This document shows, in pieces, positions 27,663 to 35,693 of a stretch of 64,000 nt of DNA. A program made the translations under genes and the position numbers. Numbering within the stretch: the stretch's first letter is position 1; each line of letters opens with the position of its first letter. Under the pieces are notes generated by a model, which did not search any database, was not told the DNA's origin, and saw only the letters and a list, made by a program, of their open reading frames with translations. This DNA comes from Candidatus Poribacteria bacterium (lineage in GTDB: Bacteria > Poribacteria > WGA-4E > PCPOR2b): contig OZ252032.1 in assembly GCA_965247655.1 (NCBI GenBank), forward strand, positions 1,477,101-1,541,100. The letters run 5' to 3'.

Positions 27663-28754
27663 ATGGGAGGTCACAAAATGAAGCTAGGCGCATTTATGAT
27701 GCCGCTGCACCCCCCGGACAAAGACCGGACGGAGTGTTTTGAAGAGGACATCGATTTAATTGTCCTCGCTGATGAGTTGGGATTTACCGAAGCTTGGATT
27801 GGGCAGCATCACACGGTCGCATGGGAACCCATCCCATCTAACGATGTGTTCATCAGCAATGTATTTCCACGCACGAAGAACATCCGCCTCGGCACTGGTG
27901 TGTCGATTATTCCACAGCATCATCCGGTTAACACCGCAGTCCGCCTTGCGTTTCTTGATCATCTCTCTCGTGGCCGTCTCAATTGTGGATTTGGGCAAGG
28001 CGGGGTAGCAACTGACTGGGGGTTATTCGACTTACCCGACCCAAAAACGCAGGGGCTGATGACCATGGAGGCAATTGACACCATCCTCAAGTTGTGGCAA
28101 ACCGATCCGCCTTTCGAGTTCAAAGGGGATTTCTGGAATATAAAACTTGAGACTCTCGATCACGAACGCGGAATTGGGGTATTGCTCCAACCTTACCAGA
28201 AACCTCACCCACCGATCGCCATGAGCATCGTAAGAGGAAACTCGATGGCAGCCCGGACAGCGGGCCAACGCGGCTTTATACCCATAAGTACGAACCTAGT
28301 ACCGGGAATAACCCTTACAAATCATTGGGAAACTTATTGTGCCGGTGCTGAAGATGCTGGGCTGCCTACACCAAATCACGCAGACTGGCGCATATCACGC
28401 AGCATCTTTGTCGGAGAATCGACTGAAGAAGCATGGGAGCACGCAATAAACGGGAGTTTCATAGGTGCGTATGACTATCTGATCACTGTTCTTACGAAAG
28501 CAAATATGCTCAATATTCTGAAGCATGATCCAGGCCTCCCCGATGAGGAAGTGACGCCAGAATATGTTCTCAAAAACATCTGTATCATCGGCGATGTGGC
28601 AGAGTGTATCCGTCGCCTTGAGGAGATATGGGAACAATCCGGTGGATTTGGCACATTACTGATGATTACGCATGACTGGGACGATAGAGCCACATGGAGA
28701 CGCTCCCAAGAGTTGCTGGCGAATGAGGTCGTTCCTGCGATGCCAACAATTTAA
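27663..28754 (+). CDS. LLM-class flavin-dependent oxidoreductase (luciferase-like monooxygenase)
   Basis: The N-terminus is MKLGAFMMP…DIDLIVLADELGFTEAWIGQHH. Confidence 0.85.
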   Translation: MGGHKMKLGAFMMPLHPPDKDRTECFEEDIDLIVLADELGFTEAWIGQHHTVAWEPIPSNDVFISNVFPRTKNIRLGTGVSIIPQHHPVNTAVRLAFLDHLSRGRLNCGFGQGGVATDWGLFDLPDPKTQGLMTMEAIDTILKLWQTDPPFEFKGDFWNIKLETLDHERGIGVLLQPYQKPHPPIAMSIVRGNSMAARTAGQRGFIPISTNLVPGITLTNHWETYCAGAEDAGLPTPNHADWRISRSIFVGESTEEAWEHAINGSFIGAYDYLITVLTKANMLNILKHDPGLPDEEVTPEYVLKNICIIGDVAECIRRLEEIWEQSGGFGTLLMITHDWDDRATWRRSQELLANEVVPAMPTI

Positions 28755-28775
28755 GGACAGACAAGGAGAAGAACG

Positions 28776-29264
28776 ATGGCGTTTGATCCGATGCTTCAAA
28801 GGCAGATTATGGGACGCTTCGCAACAGGGGTCACGGTCGTAACAACGCGGTATGGCGAACAGATTTCGGGCATGACGGCAAACGCTGTCATGTCTTTGTC
28901 GCTCGACCCGCCGCTAATCGTGGTTTCTGTAGACCGTCAGAGCAATATGCACGGACATCTGACGCAAGGTCAGTGTTATGCGATAAATATGCTTAAACAC
29001 GACCAAGAGGAGCTTTCTCGTCGGTTTGCGAAACCGGGGCCCAAGGATTTTTCGGACCTAAAACTGACTGTGGCAGAAACCGGGGCTCCCATTTTCGCTG
29101 ATGCGCTCGCTTATGTGGACTGCCGGGTTGTTGAGGTTGCTCCCGCCGGCGACCACGATATGTTCATTGGCGAACCTGTTGCAGGCGAAACGCACGACGG
29201 GGAGCCACTTATCTTCTATAGTGGACAGTATGCCCAATTGGAACCGGCGCCAACAACCTCTTAG
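28776..29264 (+). CDS. Flavin reductase (HpaC/NADH:FMN oxidoreductase-like). It is probably the reductase partner of the adjacent LLM monooxygenase.
   Basis: The flavin-reductase domain is FATGVTVVTTRYGEQISGMTANAVMSLSLDPPLIVVSV. Confidence 0.8.
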   Translation: MAFDPMLQRQIMGRFATGVTVVTTRYGEQISGMTANAVMSLSLDPPLIVVSVDRQSNMHGHLTQGQCYAINMLKHDQEELSRRFAKPGPKDFSDLKLTVAETGAPIFADALAYVDCRVVEVAPAGDHDMFIGEPVAGETHDGEPLIFYSGQYAQLEPAPTTS

Positions 29265-29499
29265 AAAGCACGCAAAAAGTATTTCTCGGCGTGCTGTCTT
29301 GATGCTTTCAGCGATGGGAATTATTATGAAATTCGTTTCAACCCATACGTGAAACGTGCACAGATTCTCTTTGCGTTTCGCTCATCACCTTCTCCTGTCA
29401 GTTTTTTAACTCACCATTGCTTCTTTCCCTAATTGTTCATCCCATCACGTCCAAGACTGCTATCCACGATAACGCTTTTAATACACTGACCCTTCAAAT

Positions 29500-30822
29500 G
29501 TGGATATTACAGACCAGAGAAAAAACTATAGCAAGGAGATTACAATGGAAAAGGTTCCAATCTGCCTAGTGGGTTGTGGTGGCATGGGGCATCGTCATGT
29601 CATGGGCTATAAAGAACTGAAGGATAGCGGTATCGGCAACCTCGATTTGGTAGCGGTCTGTGATATTCGACAGGAGAACGCGGACTTAGTGGCGAACGAA
29701 GCCGAGCGTCTGCTTGGTAGGAAGCCGATGGTTTTCAACGATTTAGATCAGGTTCTCGCCCATCCCAATATCGCAGCGGTGGATGTCGTCACCGATGGTT
29801 CAACCCATCACGAGGTCGGTGTGCCGGCACTTGAGGCGGGGAAGCATACGATGGTTGAGAAGCCGTTGGGGATTACAATACGTGCCTGTCAGGCGATGAT
29901 TGATGCCGCCCAGCGTAGTGGTGCAGTACTCGCAACGGCGGAAAACTATCGCCGGGACACACCCAACCGATTGGTGCGCGCGATTATCGATCACGGGCTG
30001 CTGGGCGATCCCTACCTTATGATCCAGACATCCCTCGGTGGTAGTGATACCATGGCTATCACTCCTTGGCGACACCTCAAGGAGAAAGGGGCGATCGGCT
30101 TGGACATGGGGGTTCACTACGCCGACATCATCCGCTACTACATGGGCGAATATAGTCAGATTTTTGGTCGGGGGCTTATCGTTGAGCCTGTGCGCCGCAA
30201 GCCGGATCATGCCAATCATCCACTAATTTCCTATCGGGAACGCGCCAAAACTTACCCGGAGACCGTTGAAGCGACTGGAGAGGATTCAGTCATTGCACTG
30301 TACACAATGACGTCAGGAGCTATTGTGCAACTTTCGTATGTCGGTGGTGGGCGCGGCAGTCAAGGTTGGGAGCGGAGTGTTCACGGTCGCTGGGGAGCTG
30401 TGTATGCCCCCGGCGATCGTAACGGAAATCCAGTGGTGCTACGTCTGGAGGGACAGGAATTGAAGGGAAAAGAAATTCTGCCGCTTCTGCCTCAATTTGA
30501 ACTCAACGAAATAACTGAGCGACTTTTTGGCAAGGGAGGTGTCGAATACGAGCCTCCGGCAGATGCAGCCGTTTCCGCCTTCGCGGTTGACGCCAAACAT
30601 CTAGCCATTGAATATCACGACTTCGGTGAGGCGATTCGTAACGGAACAGGTCCCGAAGTGGACGGTGACGGTGGCATGAAGGCGGTTGCGGCAATAGTTG
30701 GGGCATACGAATCCGCTCTGGCTAAACGCTCTGTGAGTATGGAAAGTGTCCTGTCCGGCGAAGTCCGACAGTATCAGGCAGACATTGATACCGCTCTCGG
30801 TCTTGATGCACCTATGAGCTAG
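29500..30822 (+). CDS. Gfo/Idh/MocA-family oxidoreductase
   Basis: The N-terminus is PICLVGCGGMGHRHV, and the motif MVEKP is present. The likely true start is MEKVP at 29545. Confidence 0.85.
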   Translation: MDITDQRKNYSKEITMEKVPICLVGCGGMGHRHVMGYKELKDSGIGNLDLVAVCDIRQENADLVANEAERLLGRKPMVFNDLDQVLAHPNIAAVDVVTDGSTHHEVGVPALEAGKHTMVEKPLGITIRACQAMIDAAQRSGAVLATAENYRRDTPNRLVRAIIDHGLLGDPYLMIQTSLGGSDTMAITPWRHLKEKGAIGLDMGVHYADIIRYYMGEYSQIFGRGLIVEPVRRKPDHANHPLISYRERAKTYPETVEATGEDSVIALYTMTSGAIVQLSYVGGGRGSQGWERSVHGRWGAVYAPGDRNGNPVVLRLEGQELKGKEILPLLPQFELNEITERLFGKGGVEYEPPADAAVSAFAVDAKHLAIEYHDFGEAIRNGTGPEVDGDGGMKAVAAIVGAYESALAKRSVSMESVLSGEVRQYQADIDTALGLDAPMS

Positions 30823-30862
30823 AAATTTTCAATCAGCTAACTACTTTAAGGAGGAGAGAACC

Positions 30863-31516
30863 ATGGGTTTCACGGTCTATGACTGTCGCAAAGACATCCG
30901 CAATATCTTGGTGACCCCGCAGATACGTGCTCGCTTTTGTCGTATGGAGCCGGGACCAGGATCGCTTGATAAGTTTCACACCCACGATTTGGGGCATGAG
31001 ATCTTCATCATTCTATCAGGAAGGGTGGAGTTCAGGATCAGCAGCGTAACCAAAGAGCTAGGTCCGGGGCAAATGTGCTACGCCTTAGCGGACGAGCCTC
31101 ATTCGGTGCGCGTCCTTGGAGATGAACCGGTGTATATGTACCTCTCGGTGACACCCCATATCCAGCCGACCCACACCCAGTATTCTGACGACGAGGAACG
31201 CCTACCTCCCCAGTTCAGACCGTCCAGCGACTATGACACGGAGACAGATTCCACCACGCCGATTGACGCACTCATCGATCATCATGTTGATACAGCACGG
31301 TCGGTGGCGGACATGGCGCAGAACAGTGCCCAGATCCAAGAGCAGATGGCAGCTGCCCTCAAGCAGGCGTTAGCAGCGGGGGACGAGAAAGCTGCTGCCG
31401 AGATACGGGATGTCATGTGGGAACCGTTGTTAGAGACTTTCAAAAAGGTCAACGAATTGGCGGCAGAGTGGAACACACTGACCCCGCGAGCGGGATCACT
31501 TCGCACCTATCGTTGA
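30863..31516 (+). CDS. Cupin-domain protein with an Ala/Glu-rich C-terminal tail
   Basis: The cupin core is FHTHDLGHEIFIILSGRVEF…DEPHSV. Confidence 0.7.
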   Translation: MGFTVYDCRKDIRNILVTPQIRARFCRMEPGPGSLDKFHTHDLGHEIFIILSGRVEFRISSVTKELGPGQMCYALADEPHSVRVLGDEPVYMYLSVTPHIQPTHTQYSDDEERLPPQFRPSSDYDTETDSTTPIDALIDHHVDTARSVADMAQNSAQIQEQMAAALKQALAAGDEKAAAEIRDVMWEPLLETFKKVNELAAEWNTLTPRAGSLRTYR

Positions 31517-31533
31517 AGTCCATATTCTGAAAG

Positions 31534-32631
31534 ATGGAGGGAAATACCATGTCACTAGTACGAATTGGCGTTGTCGGCTGCGGTGCGATCGCCCAAGTCC
31601 AGCACCTTCCCAACCTGCTCGAACTTGACGATGAATTTGAAGTGCCCATCGTCTGCGACGTATCACCGGGACAAGCAGAATATGTAGCCCGAAGGTTCAA
31701 AGTTCCCAAATATGTGACTGATATTCGGGACATGCTAGCGGCGGATATTGACGCAGTTCTGCTCTGCCACACGGATCCCAAGACTGAGGCAGCGGTGCAA
31801 GCCTTTGAGGCGGGGAAACATGTTTTCATTGAAAAGCCCATCTGTACCTCCTTGCAGGAAGCCGATGCCATGATTGACGCGATGCGGAAATCGGGGAAGG
31901 TTGGTCAAGCGGGATATATGAAGGTATACGAACCCGCCTTTGAACTAGCAAAGCGCGAAGTCGACACCATGGACGATGTCAAATTTGTGCAGACCAATCA
32001 TCTGCATCCGAGCAATGAACTTCACTTGAGCCACTTCAAGGTCAAGCGGTTTAACGATTTGCCACCGAGTGCCATGACGGAACGGCAGGAAGCATCTAGA
32101 GCCGCACGGCGCGAAGCCTTTGGCGATCTCTTCGAGGCTGCTGAATCCTGCGGCATCGCCTATGGTCTCATCCACGACCTTTACAGTCTGCGAACCATGC
32201 TAGGCGTGCCGAGCGCGGTCATCAGTACAGAAATCTGGAATGACCGCCGAGCCATAACAACCATCTTGGAATACCCCAATGGAGCGCGTTGTGTGATCAG
32301 TCGAGTCGATCTCAACAAATTGTGGGATTTTAAGCAGACCCTTGAGATATACAGCGAGGACAAGCGCGTCATCCTCTCCTACCCAACCGGCTTTTCGCGT
32401 CGGGTGCTGACAAAGTTGGTTGTGCAAGGCATTGATGCGGATGGGAACAGTTACTATAAGGAACCAGCGATTCCTTGGGAAAGCGGGTTTACCCGTGAGT
32501 TGCGTTACTTCCACAAGAGTATCACCCAAGGCATTCCCTCACGGGCTTCAATCGCAGATGCACGCCACGATATTGCGCTCATTATTGACATCGCCAAAGC
32601 GTATATCACCCGGTCGGCTATAAGCCGATAA
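31534..32631 (+). CDS. Gfo/Idh/MocA-family oxidoreductase
   Basis: The N-terminus is RIGVVGCGAIAQVQHLP, and the motif HVFIEKP is present. Confidence 0.85.
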   Translation: MEGNTMSLVRIGVVGCGAIAQVQHLPNLLELDDEFEVPIVCDVSPGQAEYVARRFKVPKYVTDIRDMLAADIDAVLLCHTDPKTEAAVQAFEAGKHVFIEKPICTSLQEADAMIDAMRKSGKVGQAGYMKVYEPAFELAKREVDTMDDVKFVQTNHLHPSNELHLSHFKVKRFNDLPPSAMTERQEASRAARREAFGDLFEAAESCGIAYGLIHDLYSLRTMLGVPSAVISTEIWNDRRAITTILEYPNGARCVISRVDLNKLWDFKQTLEIYSEDKRVILSYPTGFSRRVLTKLVVQGIDADGNSYYKEPAIPWESGFTRELRYFHKSITQGIPSRASIADARHDIALIIDIAKAYITRSAISR

Positions 32632-32643
32632 GGAGGATAAACG

Positions 32644-33051
32644 ATGGATGCGACCCTTTGGAATATCGGCATCAAGGTCGAAGATCTGGATGCGGAAATC
32701 AGTTTTTTTGAAGAACTGGGTGCCAAACTGTTGAGTCGTGGTTCACGCATCAGAGAAGATGGGGACCATCCCCATGCGCTGTTAGAGTTTGGTGGAACCC
32801 GCCTCTTTTTGACACCGAAGCCGGTCTTTCAGGATGCGCTCAATCATCCGCTCATGCCGGGACTGACTCACGCAGTATTTGAGGTCGATGACTTGGACGA
32901 GGCATACCAACGACTCACAGCGTTAGGCACAGCGGTCCTTCTAGAACCGGTGGAGATTAGCACCGATTTTGGGTCGCGCCGAATCTCCTTTTATCGATCG
33001 CCCAATGGTCTTGTCTTTGAGGTGATGCAAATTCTAGAATCGAAGGTGTAG
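32644..33051 (+). CDS. VOC-family protein (glyoxalase/bleomycin-resistance/dioxygenase fold)
   Basis: The 135-aa protein shows a paired beta-alpha-beta-beta-beta pattern and contains FFEELGAKLL…THAVFEVDDLDEAYQRL. Confidence 0.7.
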   Translation: MDATLWNIGIKVEDLDAEISFFEELGAKLLSRGSRIREDGDHPHALLEFGGTRLFLTPKPVFQDALNHPLMPGLTHAVFEVDDLDEAYQRLTALGTAVLLEPVEISTDFGSRRISFYRSPNGLVFEVMQILESKV

Positions 33052-33071
33052 TCCAACTCGTCACCTTCGAA

Positions 33072-34310
33072 ATGAAAGGAAAACTAAGGATGCAAGTCAA
33101 TCCACAACAGTTGCTTGACGACGGCTATATTATCCTACGCGAGGTCATCCCACCGGGACAGTTGGATGAACTGCGCGACTGTTTTGAAACACTGCTTGAG
33201 CGACAGAAGGTCATTTGGGCGAAGGAACGCAAACCTGACGATCCACCGGGAGGCTATTGGGAAACTGCGGCGCAACCACGCATGTTTTTCGATGGCATCG
33301 CCGACGAGACAACTGCTAAAGCGATGGAGTTTTGCTTGCACGAAAATACCTTGGGCGTCAGCCGACAACTAATGCAAGCACCGGAGGCTTCCCCAACACT
33401 GATGGCACTTATGTGCAGTCCGGTGCGAGATCACGGTCCGGCTAGCTGGCATCGTGACATTGATCCTATTGGGCAGGCGCCGTTACGGGGTATGCAGATG
33501 GATGTACTCAAAAACGCGCCGGGCTACGTCCAGTGGAACATCCCGCTCTATGATGACAGCGTATTTTGGGTCGTACCGAAAAGCCACAAACGCCCTAACA
33601 CGGAAGCAGAAAACCAACACTTGGAGACAAACGGGCGTGAACCGATACCGGGCGGTATGCCGGTGGAACTTAACGCGGGTGACGGTATCGTCTATATCCA
33701 CATGATGCTGCATTGGGGGAGTAACTACAGCGCGAAGTTACGGCGGACGGTGCATCTTGGCTATCGCTCTTTCGGCGGTCCTGTTTATCCTTTGGTCAAC
33801 CATTTCTACTGGCATCTGGATTTCACGAAGCGTATGCCCCAAAAGACGCGAGAACGGTTTGAACACTTCTATCAACTGCACGAACAGCAGTGCGATGTGA
33901 TTGAATCCACTTTCCGCGCCATCCTCGCCAAAGATGCGGAGGCTTTCCGCAGTGGACTGGCAATCCTACACCCCGGCGAAGCATGGCGGATGGTATGTGT
34001 GGTATACCTATCAAAATTGGCGAAAAAAACGCGCACATTGAAACAGCCCGACGTAGCTAACCTGTCGTTTGAGGAACGTGTGGACGCCATTTCGGAACAC
34101 CGACTTAGTTTCCATATTTTTGAGGATTTCTCCCGCCGTTTTTCGGTAGAAGAAGCCGACCTGCTCTGGACTCGGTTTAGGACGCTTTATGACAAAATTC
34201 AGGAGGAGATAGACCGGTCTGTTCCCGACTTGGAATCTCGACTAGACCGGTACATGCTGACTGATATGCCCGCCAATTTTGATGTGGAGGATTTCATCGC
34301 TAGTTGGTGA
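33072..34310 (+). CDS. Phytanoyl-CoA dioxygenase (PhyH)-family Fe(II)/2-oxoglutarate oxygenase. Its stop codon lies inside the terminus of the adjacent IS605-type element.
   Basis: Motifs WHRDID and VVPKSHK are present, with a His in MLHWGSN. The TGA at 34308-34310 coincides with the first bases of the TGACAT end of the element. Confidence 0.7.
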   Translation: MKGKLRMQVNPQQLLDDGYIILREVIPPGQLDELRDCFETLLERQKVIWAKERKPDDPPGGYWETAAQPRMFFDGIADETTAKAMEFCLHENTLGVSRQLMQAPEASPTLMALMCSPVRDHGPASWHRDIDPIGQAPLRGMQMDVLKNAPGYVQWNIPLYDDSVFWVVPKSHKRPNTEAENQHLETNGREPIPGGMPVELNAGDGIVYIHMMLHWGSNYSAKLRRTVHLGYRSFGGPVYPLVNHFYWHLDFTKRMPQKTRERFEHFYQLHEQQCDVIESTFRAILAKDAEAFRSGLAILHPGEAWRMVCVVYLSKLAKKTRTLKQPDVANLSFEERVDAISEHRLSFHIFEDFSRRFSVEEADLLWTRFRTLYDKIQEEIDRSVPDLESRLDRYMLTDMPANFDVEDFIASW

Positions 34311-35627
34311 CATACTCCCAACCCTAAAGGATTGGGCTTCTCACCTGTTCCTTTAGGAATAGAATTGTGCTATCAACAAGGATAGCCCGGCGAACCGGGA
34401 CTTACGTCCTCTCCTGCAAGGGTTGATGCCCCAACCCTATAGATATTGATCGCTGCGTTGCGATCTCTATCTAACTGCGTGTGGCAGTTCGGACACTGCC
34501 AAGTCCTATCACGTAGGTTCAACGCTTCATTTACTGTACCGCACGCGGAGCAAGTCTTTGATGACGGGTACCACTTATCGATGAACGTGATTGTAACACC
34601 CTTCTTTTGGGCAATATACACCAGCTTCGTGACGAAATCGGCGAACCCTAAGTCGCTGACCTTGCGACCCCAAAGCGACTTCATGCCTTGCAGGTTCAAA
34701 TCTTCGAGTCGGATTTCGTCGTATTCATCAGTCAGCTGGTGGGCTAACTTCCAGTGGAAGTCGGTCCGTTGGTGTTCTATTGTGCGGTGTTTTCGCGCCA
34801 GATTCAGCCGTGCGCGTTCACGATTGGTTGACCTTTTGCGTTTCCGTGAATGCGCCCGGTTAGCACGTTTGATAGCGTTGATACTCCGTTTGAAAAACTG
34901 AGGCGAATCTATGTCGTGTCCGTTTGACCCTGTCAGATAGCGTTTCAGACCGAAATCGAAGCCTGCGATTTTATCCGTCATGACTCGATTCAGGTCGGCA
35001 TCTTCATGGTCGGTCAGGACACAGATATAGACATCACCGACGGCGTCCCGCTTAATCGTGCAGCGTTTGGGCTTGCCGAGGATGTCGCGGGATTTGAAAT
35101 ACGAATAGACACGTTTACCCAGTTTGATTTGATTGCCAGACAGAAGCGACCATCCTGTCTGTGTCAAAGTGAACGATTTGTATTTACGGCGCGCCTTGAA
35201 ACGGGGGCGACCCCATTTCTTTCCCGATGCACGGGCTTCAAACATTGCCTTGTAGCCTTTGTCGATACGCGCTGCCACGTCCTGTATCGCTTGGCTTGGC
35301 AGTTGATTCCAATGGGCGAACCGAGGCACACGCTTCAGTGTGGTGATGTGCCTCATCAACCGAAACTTACTGATATATTTGCCGCACATAGCATAGTAGC
35401 GACGCTGGAGGGCGATACAGTGATTCCACACATGCGCGTACCCTTCTATCGTCTTATGCAATTCGCGGTTGCCGTGATTGGAATACAACTTGTATTTGTA
35501 GGTTTTCATCGTAGACAAGGGTGCAGTAGTTTGAATGAAAAAGCAAGGGAATAGCAACAAAAATGGCTAAAGCCAAACTTATATCCCAAAGATAAATCTT
35601 TGGGCTTTACGGGCTAAAGCCCCAATC
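34308..35627 (-). mobile_element. IS200/IS605-family TnpB-only element (about 1.32 kb)
   Basis: The right end carries TGACATACTCCCA and the hairpin CCCAACC-CTAAA-GGATTGGG. The left end carries three hairpins: GGCTAAAGCC, CCCAAAGA/TCTTTGGG, and GGGCTTTA-CGGGC-TAAAGCCC. GTAA at 35628-31, which reads TTAC on the element strand, abuts the left end. Confidence 0.7.
34373..35560 (-). CDS. tnpB: TnpB (IS200/IS605 OrfB; RuvC-like nuclease)
   Basis: The N-terminus is MKTYKYKLYS. The RuvC-I Asp lies in IAGFDFGL. The zinc finger is CSACGT…CPNCH, followed by the RuvC-III motif DRDRNAAINI. Confidence 0.85.
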   Translation of the reverse strand: MLLFPCFFIQTTAPLSTMKTYKYKLYSNHGNRELHKTIEGYAHVWNHCIALQRRYYAMCGKYISKFRLMRHITTLKRVPRFAHWNQLPSQAIQDVAARIDKGYKAMFEARASGKKWGRPRFKARRKYKSFTLTQTGWSLLSGNQIKLGKRVYSYFKSRDILGKPKRCTIKRDAVGDVYICVLTDHEDADLNRVMTDKIAGFDFGLKRYLTGSNGHDIDSPQFFKRSINAIKRANRAHSRKRKRSTNRERARLNLARKHRTIEHQRTDFHWKLAHQLTDEYDEIRLEDLNLQGMKSLWGRKVSDLGFADFVTKLVYIAQKKGVTITFIDKWYPSSKTCSACGTVNEALNLRDRTWQCPNCHTQLDRDRNAAINIYRVGASTLAGEDVSPGSPGYPC

Positions 35628-35693
35628 TGTAAGATAAACCTAGGCGGAACGGATACCGCATACAGGAATCGCTCTTCCGTTTTGGTGTGTTTG

